A stretch of DNA of 64,000 nucleotides from Halorutilales archaeon Cl-col2-1 (lineage in GTDB: Archaea > Halobacteriota > Halobacteria > Halobacteriales > Afararchaeaceae). Both the position numbers and the translations under genes were made by a program. Numbering within the stretch: the stretch's first letter is position 1; each line of letters starts with the position of its first letter. Under the pieces are notes generated by a model, which was given only the letters and a program-made list of their open reading frames with translations, was not told the origin of the DNA and made no database searches. The stretch spans positions 1,440,001-1,504,000 of the forward strand of contig CP169074.1 in the NCBI GenBank assembly GCA_041891055.1, given 5' to 3'. Below, piece by piece: positions 48,344-58,248 of this stretch.

Positions 48344-50058
48344 TGCCCGAGATAAGAAAGCTCGACACCGATACGGTCGAAAGAATCGCCGCGGGCGAGG
48401 TCGTCAAAGACCCGAGTAGCGTCGTCAAGGAGCTCGTCGAGAACTCGTTAGACGCCGGAGCCTCAAGGATAGAGATCGAAATAGAGAACGGCGGACGTGA
48501 CCTGATACGTGTCTCCGACGACGGTGAGGGTATGGACGAGGAAGACGCCGTCCGTGCCTTCGACAAACACGCCACGAGCAAGATAGACGACGCCGACGAC
48601 CTCAGATACGTCACTAGCCTCGGGTTCAGGGGAGAGGCACTCCCGAGCATAGCGAGAGTCTCTCAGGTCGAGATGGTCACGAGGTCAGAAGACGCCGACG
48701 TCGGAGGAACGCGCGTCGTGGTCGAGGACGGGGGCGACGAGAGACGTACCGAGGAAGCCGGGAGAGGAGTGGGTACGACCGTCGAGGTCTCCGATCTCTT
48801 CTACAACACGCCCGCGAGACGTTCGACACTCGGGTCGCCGAAACGTGAGTTCTCGAAGATAAGCGACGTCGTGACTAAGTACGCTCTGACCCATCCCGGC
48901 GTGGGCTTCGAACTGACCCACGACGTCAGGGAGGTTCTCAACACTCCCGGATCGGGGAACTACGTCGATCCTGTCTTCGAGGTCTACGGAAAGGAGGTCG
49001 CAAACAGAGCCGTCGAGATAGACCACGGAGGCGGAGACGAGGACGGGATAGACGTCGAGGTCGAGGGGATAGTCGTACGTCCGGGAGTCACGAGAAGCTC
49101 CAAGAGCCACGTCTACACCGCCGTGAAGGGACGTGCACTCGACGACGAGACGGTCAGGCGCGGAGTCATAGAAGGGTACGGCACTCTCTTAGACGGAGAC
49201 AGGTACCCCATCGCTGTCGTCGATGTCGATCTTCCGGCTGAGAGGGTCAACGTCAACGTCCATCCGTCGAAAGACGAGGTGCGTTTCGACGACGAGGGTG
49301 CCGTGAAACGCGTTGTGAGAGATACCGTGAGAGACGCACTCTCGACTCAAGACCTCTCACGTGTCTCCGAGATAGAGTTCTCGGTAGACGCCGAGGCGGA
49401 CGGCGAGACGGAGTCGCGTTTCTCGTCGGTCGAGGTCATAGGACAGTTCCGGGGTCTCTACCTCCTGTGTGAGTCGGAAGACGACCTTCTCGTGGTGGAT
49501 CAGCACGCCGCACACGAGAGGGTCAACTACGAACGGCTCAGGGACGAGTTCGCGGGCGAGGATATACCTTCGGTCGAGCTGGAGTCCCCAGAGACTGTGA
49601 ACTTCACTCCGACAGAGAAGTCGGTGATAGAGGAGAGGTCAGACCTCCTGTCGTCGCTCGGCTTCGAGCTAGAGGAGTTCGGCGGAGGCACCTACAGGGT
49701 GAGGAAAGTCCCGGCTCCCCTCGGAAGGGTCGAGGACAAGGAGTCTCTACACGACGCTCTCGACAGGATAGCCGACGGAGACGAGCCGAGAGAGGCGAGA
49801 GACGAGATACTCAAGGACGTCGCGTGTCATCCGTCGCTCAAGGCGGGCGACTCGCTCACGAAGGAGAAGGCGGAGGATCTCATAGACGAACTCGGCTCTT
49901 GCTCGGAGCCGTTCGCGTGTCCCCACGGACGTCCCACGGTTCTCTCCGTAAACGAGAGGGAGATAGCGAAGGGATTCGGGAGAGACAGCGTGAGGATGGC
50001 TACCGACGGAGTAGATGGAGACGACGAAGATGAAGACGAGGGGGGCGGAGATGTCTGA
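48343..50058 (+). CDS. mutL: DNA mismatch repair protein MutL
   Basis: IAAGEV, KELVENSLDAGA, LGFRGEAL, NVHPSK, DQHAAHERVNYE, ACH, CPHGRP. Confidence 0.95.
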   Translation: MPEIRKLDTDTVERIAAGEVVKDPSSVVKELVENSLDAGASRIEIEIENGGRDLIRVSDDGEGMDEEDAVRAFDKHATSKIDDADDLRYVTSLGFRGEALPSIARVSQVEMVTRSEDADVGGTRVVVEDGGDERRTEEAGRGVGTTVEVSDLFYNTPARRSTLGSPKREFSKISDVVTKYALTHPGVGFELTHDVREVLNTPGSGNYVDPVFEVYGKEVANRAVEIDHGGGDEDGIDVEVEGIVVRPGVTRSSKSHVYTAVKGRALDDETVRRGVIEGYGTLLDGDRYPIAVVDVDLPAERVNVNVHPSKDEVRFDDEGAVKRVVRDTVRDALSTQDLSRVSEIEFSVDAEADGETESRFSSVEVIGQFRGLYLLCESEDDLLVVDQHAAHERVNYERLRDEFAGEDIPSVELESPETVNFTPTEKSVIEERSDLLSSLGFELEEFGGGTYRVRKVPAPLGRVEDKESLHDALDRIADGDEPREARDEILKDVACHPSLKAGDSLTKEKAEDLIDELGSCSEPFACPHGRPTVLSVNEREIAKGFGRDSVRMATDGVDGDDEDEDEGGGDV

Positions 50059-50734
50059 GAAAGACAGAGACGGGGACACGGAGACAGACACAGAGACCGA
50101 GGAGAAACTCGATCTGAGACGTGTATTCGAGGAGATCTCCGACGAGTTCACCGAGACGCGTCAGAGACCGTGGGACGAGGTCGTCGGGTTCGTAGACGGG
50201 GTAGAGGGAGATCTCTGTACCGACCTCGGCTGTGGAAACGGACGCCACATAGAGACGGCGTCGGGAGATTTCGAGACCGTAGTCGGGGTCGACTTCTCTA
50301 GACGTCTCCTCGAACGCGCGCGGGACAAGGGCGAGGTCGTAGAGGGCGACGTCTCATGTCTTCCGGTGCGTGACGGCGTAGCCGACGCCTTCGTCTACGT
50401 CGCCGCACTACACCATCTCCCGTCACACGACGAACGTCTGAGGAGTCTCAACGAGGCGGAACGTGTTCTACGTGACGGCGGAGAAGGTCTCATCTCCGTT
50501 TGGGCGATAGAGCATCCCAAGTTCGACGGCGCGAGGGACGAGATACGTGCGAAGAACCACGACATCTACGTGCCATGGAAGTCGGAGACAGGAGAAGAGT
50601 ACGACAGGTACTACCACATATACGGGAGGGACGGCTTCGAGTCGGTTCTCGAGGAGTCGAATCTCGAAGTCGGCGATGTCTGGCTCTCGTCAGGGAACTA
50701 CTATGCGCGCGTGAGCACGTCAGAAAAGGCTTAG
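50051..50734 (+). CDS. SAM-dependent methyltransferase, Trm9/ALKBH8-like
   Basis: F..TRQRPW, DLGCGNGRH, AALHHL, ISVWA, YVPW, RYYHIY. Confidence 0.7.
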   Translation: MSEKDRDGDTETDTETEEKLDLRRVFEEISDEFTETRQRPWDEVVGFVDGVEGDLCTDLGCGNGRHIETASGDFETVVGVDFSRRLLERARDKGEVVEGDVSCLPVRDGVADAFVYVAALHHLPSHDERLRSLNEAERVLRDGGEGLISVWAIEHPKFDGARDEIRAKNHDIYVPWKSETGEEYDRYYHIYGRDGFESVLEESNLEVGDVWLSSGNYYARVSTSEKA

Positions 50735-50744
50735 CTGTTCAGTT

Positions 50745-50969
50745 TTAGTTGGGGCGTCCGTCTGGAGTCTCCGACTGCGACCTCGACGCCGACGATCTGC
50801 TTATTCCTATGTAGAGGAGACCGCTCACGACGAAGAGGAGGAGACCGCCTCCCATCGCGGGGTCGCCCTCGTAGAAGCTCCAGATCGATCCGACGGCACC
50901 CATCAGTGTGACGACGACTCCCAAGGTCAGCAGGCTGAGGTTCGTGTTTCTGGTTTCTACCTTTGACAT
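50745..50969 (-). CDS. Small two-TM membrane protein
   Basis: 74 aa, two hydrophobic helices; TATA 26 nt upstream (probably leaderless). Confidence 0.6.
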   Translation of the reverse strand: MSKVETRNTNLSLLTLGVVVTLMGAVGSIWSFYEGDPAMGGGLLLFVVSGLLYIGISRSSASRSQSETPDGRPN

Positions 50970-50994
50970 ACTACTAGTGTAGTACTGTAGTAAG

Positions 50995-51062
50995 TTAACG
51001 GCTTCTTATGAGCCAAGTATTGGTATGTTGAAGCTTCCCGGGGAGAAACGCACAATAATTGT
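50995..51062 (-). promoter_or_regulatory. Promoter near-identical to the cydA promoter, with paired CAA-N3-TTG palindromes
   Basis: CCAAGTATTGG 51013-23 and ACAATAATTGT 51052-62 (39 bp apart), 13 nt from the TATA. Confidence 0.65.
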
Positions 51063-51068
51063 GAGGTT

Positions 51069-52097
51069 TCAGACGCCGATATCTCCGACGGCTTCGCGTA
51101 TGCTCATTCCCTCAGCGACGACGTCACGTCTGTAATGCATATAGAGGGCACCGATGGGTGTCTGGAGTATGTAAGCGAGGGCTATCGGAAGTACCGCCTC
51201 CGAGGGAAGGAAGTCGGACGCAGCCACGATTCCGACGGCTATAGACAGGTTGCGCATGCTGGTGGCGTAGACGAAGGCGACCGACTGTTCGGTTTCGAGG
51301 AGAGCTCTTCCGACGACTGAACCCACTCCGAGTATGACCGCGTAGAATATAACGAGAGGGACGACAGTGGCTCCCGAGGCGACGGGGTCTGCGAGTATGC
51401 TCTGTGACCGCATCGACATAGCTATGAAGACTATCAGCATGACACCCAGAGAGCTCAGACCGCCGAGGCGCGGCTTTATCGTCTTGAAGCCGTCGGAGCC
51501 GTACCTTCGGAGAAGGAGATGACGTATGGCGGTTCCGAGAACCATCGGAACCACGACGACGACTGCGAGCTGACGGTAGAGTGACGCGGGGTCGAAGTCG
51601 ACTGCGCCCTGTACGAGGAACGAGAGGTATGTCGGGAGTACCAGAACCGCGGCTATCAGGTTGACTGCGACTGCGACGAGTGAGGCTTCGAGGTCGCCTC
51701 CGGCTAATCCCGTCCACGCCGCGGTCATTCCCGAAGTGGGTATGAGGGCGATGAAGTAGAGTCCGACAGCGTAGGCGGGAGATCCCCCGAAGAAGGTCTG
51801 AGAGAGACCGACCGCGAGAAGCGGTACGAAGGCGAAGTTGAACACGAGGCTCAGAACGACGGGCTTGGCGTGTCCACGTATATTCACTAGTTCTTCGAGG
51901 TCTATGTTGACCATCATGGGGACGATCATCACGAATATCACGGGAAGAACCGCCGACTTGAGAACGGATCTGAGACCCGATCCCATGAACTGTCCCGCCA
52001 CGAGACCCGCTACGAGGGAGGTCACGATTACGTATATGAGGTTCTGCTTGAGTCCCTCTAATAAGTCTCCGACGGCTCCGAGTAGTCTCGTCCTCAT
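51069..52097 (-). CDS. ACR3/bile acid:sodium symporter family transporter
   Basis: MIVPMM, NF...P, PTSGMT.AWT.LAGG, MRNLSIA; about 10 TM. Confidence 0.8.
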   Translation of the reverse strand: MRTRLLGAVGDLLEGLKQNLIYVIVTSLVAGLVAGQFMGSGLRSVLKSAVLPVIFVMIVPMMVNIDLEELVNIRGHAKPVVLSLVFNFAFVPLLAVGLSQTFFGGSPAYAVGLYFIALIPTSGMTAAWTGLAGGDLEASLVAVAVNLIAAVLVLPTYLSFLVQGAVDFDPASLYRQLAVVVVVPMVLGTAIRHLLLRRYGSDGFKTIKPRLGGLSSLGVMLIVFIAMSMRSQSILADPVASGATVVPLVIFYAVILGVGSVVGRALLETEQSVAFVYATSMRNLSIAVGIVAASDFLPSEAVLPIALAYILQTPIGALYMHYRRDVVAEGMSIREAVGDIGV

Positions 52098-52102
52098 ACT
52101 CG

Positions 52103-52567
52103 TCAGTCCTCCGTGTTCGACGTCTGGGTGTCGTTGGTGTCATCTGTGCGCCAGTAGAGATGTGTCTGTCCCGACTTACGCCGTTCGAGAACTCCGTCGT
52201 CACAGATCGAGTTGAGCTTACATCTCGCGCCCTCGGTGGTTATCTCGAAGGTCTCGGAGACGTCCGACGTGGTTATGACAGGTCCAGGAATCCTTTCGAG
52301 GAGTCCGAGTATGTCTTTCCGTGTAACAGTCTCGACGTACTGACCGCGCGAGTCTCGGCATCTCCTGCCGTGTCCGTCCTCTTTTCTTCGGCGTCGTCGG
52401 TCGGGATCGTCTCTTTGTCTCGGAGTCTTACCGTCTTCACAGCCCCTATCCGAGGAGTCTCCCGAGTTCGAATCCGAGTCTGAAGCCGATTGCGAACGCC
52501 GGTGTTTCGATAGCTGTCTTCGTCTCTTTCCTCCTCCCCTCTTAAACGACTCTTGTTTCCTCCGCAT
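52103..52567 (-). CDS. HTH-domain protein (start uncertain, possible frameshift)
   Basis: C-terminal GQYVETVT..GPVITTSDVSE.F..TTEGAR.KL......LERRKSG...YW winged HTH; N-terminal half Arg-rich and atypical. Confidence 0.5.
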   Translation of the reverse strand: MRRKQESFKRGGGKRRRQLSKHRRSQSASDSDSNSGDSSDRGCEDGKTPRQRDDPDRRRRRKEDGHGRRCRDSRGQYVETVTRKDILGLLERIPGPVITTSDVSETFEITTEGARCKLNSICDDGVLERRKSGQTHLYWRTDDTNDTQTSNTED

Positions 52568-52596
52568 ACATCGGACAACGGCTTAGCTTAAGATAG

Positions 52597-52618
52597 CCAT
52601 TTGGGAACCCCCAAATGG
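52597..52618. promoter_or_regulatory. Perfect 9-bp inverted repeat next to TATA of the HTH-ACR3 unit
   Basis: CCATTTGGG-AACC-CCCAAATGG, 4 nt from CTTAAG (52587-92). Confidence 0.5.
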
Positions 52619-52662
52619 AGGTTGTAAGGAGTTCTCGGTAGGTGGGAACCGGAAATAACTAG

Positions 52663-53298
52663 TCAGAAGACAGATCTTGAAGCCGCGGTGTAAATGAAGA
52701 AGACGCCGAACGCGGCGAGAATCCCACCACTGAGGTAGGTGACGCCTCTCGCGAAGCCTCCGTCAAATCTCTCAGATCCGAGGCTGAGACCCGTGGGGAA
52801 GACTGTGATCCAGACGAGGATTCCGACGAAGAAGCCGACAAGGGCAACGGGTCTCGACTCTACGAGTGTGACACCGGCTGTGAGCCACCAGGCTATCTGG
52901 TACGGGTTGGTGAGTGCGAGGACGAAAGCCTTCGTGAAGCCTCTTCTTCCCCCGTCCTCGGCGTGGGTATCGGCGTCAGCGCGAAATCCGAACGTGTCGC
53001 CCGAACGTATGTCAGACACAGCCGAGTATCCGAAGTAGAGCATCAGAAGACCTCCGAGTGCATAGAGTAGGGTTCTGGTGCGTGACCCTACGACTGCGAG
53101 CAAACCCGCGACCGAGAGGACACAGAAGACAGTGTCAGCGGTGAGTGCTCCGAGTCCCGCTCTGAAGCCGTCTCTCAGCGATCCGAGAGCCGTCTCCTCG
53201 GCTATGACGGCGTTCATAGGTCCGGGAGGCGCGGCGAGAGAGAGTCCGAGTAATACGCCCGACACAAGAGATCCGGCTATGGTGGAAAGCATGGGCAT
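52663..53298 (-). CDS. LysE-family translocator
   Basis: GLSLAAPPGPMN, GLGA.TAD, LALTNPYQIAWW. Confidence 0.88.
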   Translation of the reverse strand: MPMLSTIAGSLVSGVLLGLSLAAPPGPMNAVIAEETALGSLRDGFRAGLGALTADTVFCVLSVAGLLAVVGSRTRTLLYALGGLLMLYFGYSAVSDIRSGDTFGFRADADTHAEDGGRRGFTKAFVLALTNPYQIAWWLTAGVTLVESRPVALVGFFVGILVWITVFPTGLSLGSERFDGGFARGVTYLSGGILAAFGVFFIYTAASRSVF

Positions 53299-53303
53299 GG
53301 ATG

Positions 53304-53555
53304 TCAGACGTGTGACCTGTAACTCTCGAAGACCATGACCGTCCCCACGAGTATAAAGCTAAAGCCGACGACTAATCCGAGTACCATCGATGCATCGTCT
53401 GAGATGGGAACACAGACACCATCGGGAAGAGGCGAGGCGTCTGTCGGAGTCATATCTGTGATTCCACCTGCGTCGGCGCACTGCCAGAGACCCGGGTTCA
53501 TGCCTACCCCGAGTACCAAGAAGCCGACGACGAAGATGAAGACACCGAACTTCAT
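53304..53555 (-). CDS. Small two-TM hypothetical protein
   Basis: 83 aa; two TM helices flanking a loop with two Cys; tight spacing in the operon. Confidence 0.55.
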   Translation of the reverse strand: MKFGVFIFVVGFLVLGVGMNPGLWQCADAGGITDMTPTDASPLPDGVCVPISDDASMVLGLVVGFSFILVGTVMVFESYRSHV

Positions 53556-53556
53556 C

Positions 53557-54171
53557 TCAGAAGAACTTGAGGAGGTCGTGTCTGTTCTGGTGTCTGAGCT
53601 TCTCGCCGACTGCCGAGTTGAGAGCCTCTATGTTGCCTCTCTTCGCAGAGATGGGTGCGATTGTGTCGTCCCACTGATCCCACGGCGGAAGGAGACCCAG
53701 ACGTTCGCCTATCTCGTCGAGTTCGGAGTCACGGTCGTCGATCTTGTCGGTCTTGTTGACCGCAACGACCGTCGGAATTCCGAGGTCTGTGAGGAACCGG
53801 AACATGTCGACATCGTGGGGAACCTCTCCTCTCTCAGTCCATCTGTCGACTATCTCGACGAAAGAGTTGCCGTCTACGACCTCGACGGCGACGAGTATCC
53901 TGTCGGAGTTCGACTCGACGTACTCGACGACGCCGTCTTTTATCTTCTCGCGTCGCGACTCCTCGACTCCGTTCATGAATCCGAATCCAGGGAGGTCGGT
54001 GACAGCAAAGGACTCCGCCGACCAGTCGTACGAGTTGGGTTCAAGAGTTACCCCCGGGCGTCGTCCCGTGTCGTACTGCTTCCCCGTGATCTCGCGCATA
54101 AGCGTAGTCTTGCCGACGTTCGACCTCCCGACGAGGACGACCTCGGAGTCGACATCCGGTCCTTCGAACAT
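53557..54171 (-). CDS. engB: GTP-binding protein EngB/YihA
   Basis: [27 protein letters not shown]; ATG at 54171. Confidence 0.9.
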   Translation of the reverse strand: MFEGPDVDSEVVLVGRSNVGKTTLMREITGKQYDTGRRPGVTLEPNSYDWSAESFAVTDLPGFGFMNGVEESRREKIKDGVVEYVESNSDRILVAVEVVDGNSFVEIVDRWTERGEVPHDVDMFRFLTDLGIPTVVAVNKTDKIDDRDSELDEIGERLGLLPPWDQWDDTIAPISAKRGNIEALNSAVGEKLRHQNRHDLLKFF

Positions 54172-54229
54172 ACTGTGTCTATGTCGCAGACGCTCAAAAG
54201 CTTTTAAGAGACGGACTCCAAGACAGACC

Positions 54230-55528
54230 GTGCGACTAATACACGTCGGTGTTCCCTCGGGAAAGCTTGAAGCGGTAGTTGAGGCACTCGAAGACGCCGG
54301 CGTCGAGTACACTGTCACAGCCACACACGAGACGTCTAACGGAGAGTACTCCGACGTCATTGTGTTCCCCGCCGAGGACGAAGAAGTCGAGAATCACCTC
54401 GAACGTCTGAGGGAGGCGGGCGTCGAGAAGGACGGATACGCCGCTGTGACCGACACCGAGACGGTGATATCGAGAAAGCTGGAGGAGAGACGCGAGGAGA
54501 AAGAGGAAGAAAAAGAGAATGAGAATGGGGGGGGAGAAGACGAAGAAGAGAGCGACACACGTATCTCACGCGAGGAGATGATCTCGACGGCGCGGGAGAT
54601 GACACGGAGTACGTCGAAATACGTCATATTCACCCTACTGAGCGCGGTCGTCGCGACTGCGGGTCTCCTGACTGACTCCGCCGCGGTCGTCGTGGGAAGT
54701 ATGGTTATAGCTCCCCTAATAGGACCTCCTATAGCCTCTAGCGTCGGCACGGTCGTGAGGGACGACGAACTCTTCTACGACGGTGTCCGTCTCCAAGTAA
54801 TAGGTGTTATCGTCGCGGTCGTGAGTGCGGCAGTCTTCGCGGCTTTCGCGCGTTTCGTCGCAGTTCCACATATAGACCTGCGTCTCCTGAGACAGGTCAA
54901 CGAGAGGGTCAACCCGGGGATACTCTCGCTCACGGTCGCGCTGGGTTCGGGAATAGCGGGCGCGCTCTCTCTGACCTCGGGGATGAGTACGGCACTCGTG
55001 GGAGTCATGATAGCCGCCGCACTCATTCCTCCCGCCGCGACCGTCGGACTTGGAATAGCCTACTTCGACTACCCGATGGCTGTGAGCGCGAGCATACTCG
55101 TACTCGTCAACGTCCTCTCTATAAACCTCGCAAGCCTCGCGACCTTCTGGGCGGAGGGCTACCGTCCGAAGCACTGGTTCGAGGAGGAGAAGGCGAAGAG
55201 CACGACACTGAGACGGATGGGAGTTCTCCTCATAGTCGTTCTAATTATGTCGTCGGTTCTCGGAGCGACGACTGGGAAAGAGAGACAGAACGCCGAGATT
55301 GAGGAGACTGTGAGAATGATAGGCGACGAGATGGGTGTCGAGGTTCTGTCTGTCGAGGTGTCTTACAGTTCGGGTGTCGTCTACAGAGATCCCGAGGAGA
55401 TCGTCGTGAGAGTCGCCGACGACGAGAGGGGTATAGCTGAGGAGATGAAAAGTCGGCTCACCGAGAGGATCGGCAGAAACGACATACGTCTCGTCGTGAT
55501 ATACGAGAACGCTGAGTCGGCGGGTTAG
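54230..55528 (+). CDS. TIGR00341/DUF389 family membrane protein
   Basis: GTG start 54230; [30 protein letters not shown]. Confidence 0.85.
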   Translation: MRLIHVGVPSGKLEAVVEALEDAGVEYTVTATHETSNGEYSDVIVFPAEDEEVENHLERLREAGVEKDGYAAVTDTETVISRKLEERREEKEEEKENENGGGEDEEESDTRISREEMISTAREMTRSTSKYVIFTLLSAVVATAGLLTDSAAVVVGSMVIAPLIGPPIASSVGTVVRDDELFYDGVRLQVIGVIVAVVSAAVFAAFARFVAVPHIDLRLLRQVNERVNPGILSLTVALGSGIAGALSLTSGMSTALVGVMIAAALIPPAATVGLGIAYFDYPMAVSASILVLVNVLSINLASLATFWAEGYRPKHWFEEEKAKSTTLRRMGVLLIVVLIMSSVLGATTGKERQNAEIEETVRMIGDEMGVEVLSVEVSYSSGVVYRDPEEIVVRVADDERGIAEEMKSRLTERIGRNDIRLVVIYENAESAG

Positions 55529-56880
55529 TCAGTAAACAGGGTCTTTTTCTCGGGTATCTCGTCTCCCGAGAGCGAGAGAAGATGTCTGGCGATCTTATAT
55601 GCGAGAAGCGGAGGAACTGCGTTTCCTATCTGCTGGGCTATGCTCTTGAAGCTACCACGGAAGACGAAGTCGTCGGGGAAGCCCTGTATACGCGCGCCCT
55701 CTCTTAGAGACAGTCCCCTGTCCTCGGTGGGATGTAGCTTCTCCCTCGGGTTGAAAGACTGAGTGTCGAGTGTGTTCGAGACGTCGTGTCTGTCGAGACG
55801 CATGTACTTGGGTCTCACACCGCTCTTGGTGTTGATGTCGTAAGCCTCGTCGTAGCCGTTGTACTCCGTCTTCCTCCTGAGCCAGCCGTCATCGTAGAGA
55901 CTTCTGACGACCTCCGGATCTGCGTCTATCCTCTCGATAGGTACGTAGTCGGGTCCAGAGCCGTCGGTCGCTTTGTACTTCTTACGTGTCCGGTGTCTCG
56001 ACACGAACCAGAGGACGTGTTGTTCGTCGTCAGTCAGGACGTCGTCGTAGAGATCCCAAGCCTGAACGTACTTCTCCCCAAACCTGCTAGACCTGTACAT
56101 CTTGCCCTCAGGTATCCTCCGGACGAGGTCGATGTCGTCTTCGGTCGGGAGCCTCGCCGTGTGGTTCTCGACGGTGTCACCGTCTCTAACCCATCTCTGG
56201 AACACGTTTCCAGGTTCGGTGTCGACTGTGACGACACCGTCTTGGGTGACCTCAGGGAGGTCGGTGATTGCATCGCCGACGAGAACGGCGTCTCTCGTGT
56301 CGCTCCCGTCGAGATCGTCGAGTGTCGTCTGTGTGTCACCCGGAAGCCTGTGGGTGGTTGAGGGAAGAGAAGGTGAGGCGTCTTCCGACTCCTTCACGCC
56401 TAAGAGGAAGTAACGCTCCCTCTTCTGAGGAACACCGTACTCGGCACTGTTGAGAACCCCGTCACATACCTCGTACCCCATATCCCTGTACTCGTCGCGC
56501 ACGGTGTCGAGGAAGCCGTCGGATATGTTACGGATACCCGCTACGTTCTCCATGACGACGTATTCGGGCTGTATCTCGTCGACCCAGTCGGTAAAGCTGA
56601 ATACGAGGCTGTTACGTTCGTCACCTTCCTCGCGCTCCCCTTTGGCGTGGCTGAATCCCTGACACGGAGGACTGCCGAAGACCAGGTCGAAGTCATCCCG
56701 AACCGTGTCGAGAACTCCGTCGGATATGTCGTGGTTGATAGCCTCAGAGGAAGGATGGTTGTGCGAGAATGTCGAGAGGGCGTCTTCGTCGATGTCGATT
56801 CCGTGTGTGACATCGATTCCCGCCATCTCGAAGCCACGGCTGAAGCCCCCGCATCCGCAGAATAGATCTATAGCTTTCAT
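55525..56880 (-). CDS. C5-cytosine DNA methyltransferase (type II R-M)
   Basis: DLFCGCGG, GSPPCQGFS, MENV, YGVPQKRER, REGARIQGFPD, QIGNAVPP. Confidence 0.93.
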   Translation of the reverse strand: MKAIDLFCGCGGFSRGFEMAGIDVTHGIDIDEDALSTFSHNHPSSEAINHDISDGVLDTVRDDFDLVFGSPPCQGFSHAKGEREEGDERNSLVFSFTDWVDEIQPEYVVMENVAGIRNISDGFLDTVRDEYRDMGYEVCDGVLNSAEYGVPQKRERYFLLGVKESEDASPSLPSTTHRLPGDTQTTLDDLDGSDTRDAVLVGDAITDLPEVTQDGVVTVDTEPGNVFQRWVRDGDTVENHTARLPTEDDIDLVRRIPEGKMYRSSRFGEKYVQAWDLYDDVLTDDEQHVLWFVSRHRTRKKYKATDGSGPDYVPIERIDADPEVVRSLYDDGWLRRKTEYNGYDEAYDINTKSGVRPKYMRLDRHDVSNTLDTQSFNPREKLHPTEDRGLSLREGARIQGFPDDFVFRGSFKSIAQQIGNAVPPLLAYKIARHLLSLSGDEIPEKKTLFTD

Positions 56881-56944
56881 CTGAGGTATCGGCTTCTTCG
56901 TGACCTACCCCTAAATGTTTATCTGTGCTTCGCCTCGAAGTAGT

Positions 56945-57901
56945 ATGGGCGAGGAGATATCCGACCTGGAGTATGGCTTTCTCGACAGTCTGTTACAGGA
57001 GATAGACGGGGTTGGAAAGGCGACTGCGGCACGGATCATAACCCGGAAAGAGGAGTTCGGTGAGTTTGGAGAGGTCTCAGCCGGAGATCTGGTCGAAGTA
57101 AACGGTATCACCGAGGAGAAGGCTGAGAGAGTCGTCGAGAAGCTCCGGGGGGTAGACTTCACCAAGGAGGTCGAGACGGTCTACACTGAGAAGATAATCA
57201 AGGACTTCCTCGACAGCCAGTACGAGAAGCTACGAAGTCTGGGGTTAGAAGACCTCGACATCAACGTCCTCCTTATCAAGGCACTCGGGTTCACGACAGC
57301 CGAGGAGGCTATAGAGTTCTACGTCTACCAGAGGATAACACGTTCGTCGGTGACAGAGTGGGGTCAGTCAGCGGTGGAAGACATCTGTTTCGTCTCGGGT
57401 GCCGAGGAGATCCCCGCAGACGAGAACGTTAGTGTGAGTGGAAAGAGGTTCGACATGAAGAAAGAGAAGGGATCTGAGACCTACTACATACAGCTCAAGT
57501 CAGGTCCCAACACTATGAACGTCGGAATGGTGAACTCGCTCAACGAGATGGTAGCGAGGATAGAGGAGAAACACGAGGACGCCGTAGGTATGTTGGGAAT
57601 GACATACGGAACCAAGTCACAGGTGTCGAGCCAGATACGTGACAACCTCGACGGCTTCGACGAGAGGTCTCTTATAGGCGAGGATTTCTGGGAGTTCCTG
57701 ACGGGAGACGAGGAGTACTACGGTAGTCTGATCCGTCTTATAGACGGTCTTTCGACAGAGTACGAGGACGAGTACAGACAGACATACCTCGAACTCGTCG
57801 AGTCCCAGACGGAGAGGCTCGAAGAAGAGTGGGAAGAGAGATACGGGAGTCTGGGTAGGGAAGGTCTCGACAGGTTCGTCGAGGAGTACACGGGAGTCTA
57901 A
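56945..57901 (+). CDS. Type II restriction endonuclease (EcoO109I/PmeII-like) with N-terminal tandem HhH
   Basis: EIDGVGKATA and EVNGITEEKA HhH motifs; FD..(n)..IQLKSGPNTMN PD-(D/E)xK-like core; GEDFWEFLTG; divergent from the MTase. Confidence 0.7.
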   Translation: MGEEISDLEYGFLDSLLQEIDGVGKATAARIITRKEEFGEFGEVSAGDLVEVNGITEEKAERVVEKLRGVDFTKEVETVYTEKIIKDFLDSQYEKLRSLGLEDLDINVLLIKALGFTTAEEAIEFYVYQRITRSSVTEWGQSAVEDICFVSGAEEIPADENVSVSGKRFDMKKEKGSETYYIQLKSGPNTMNVGMVNSLNEMVARIEEKHEDAVGMLGMTYGTKSQVSSQIRDNLDGFDERSLIGEDFWEFLTGDEEYYGSLIRLIDGLSTEYEDEYRQTYLELVESQTERLEEEWEERYGSLGREGLDRFVEEYTGV

Positions 57902-58248
57902 GCTACGAGAGATCCGAGCCAGACAGCCGTGAGCGACAAGAATAGATTGGCGGCGGCGTTGAGAGCCGACCGTGGTTTCTCGCCCGTCTCCCAGAGACGG
58001 AAGGTCTCGAACGAGAACGACGAGAAAGTAGTGAAGGAGCCACACGCTCCCGTGCCGACGAGAAGTGTTAGCTGGCTTCCGGCGTCGGAGAAGGTCACGA
58101 GTGCGAGTACGAAGCTACCTACTGTATTCACGACTAAAGTCGAAAGAGGGAACTCCCTCATGCTTACTACTCTTGAGACCGAGTACCGTGTGACTGCGCC
58201 GATAGCACCGCCGACACCGACGAGTAAGGCGGGCTGGATAGAACTCAT
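57898..58248 (-). CDS. crcB: Fluoride efflux channel
   Basis: GGAIGAVTRY, TLVVN..GSF, TG.CGSFTTFSSF. Confidence 0.92.
   Translation of the reverse strand: MSSIQPALLVGVGGAIGAVTRYSVSRVVSMREFPLSTLVVNTVGSFVLALVTFSDAGSQLTLLVGTGACGSFTTFSSFSFETFRLWETGEKPRSALNAAANLFLSLTAVWLGSLVA

Noticed and set aside
53744-54360. Long overlapping N-termini of the engB and TIGR00341 ORFs
   Set aside because: Artefacts of longest-ORF calling; plausible starts are 54171 (-) and 54230 (+), flanking a short divergent promoter.
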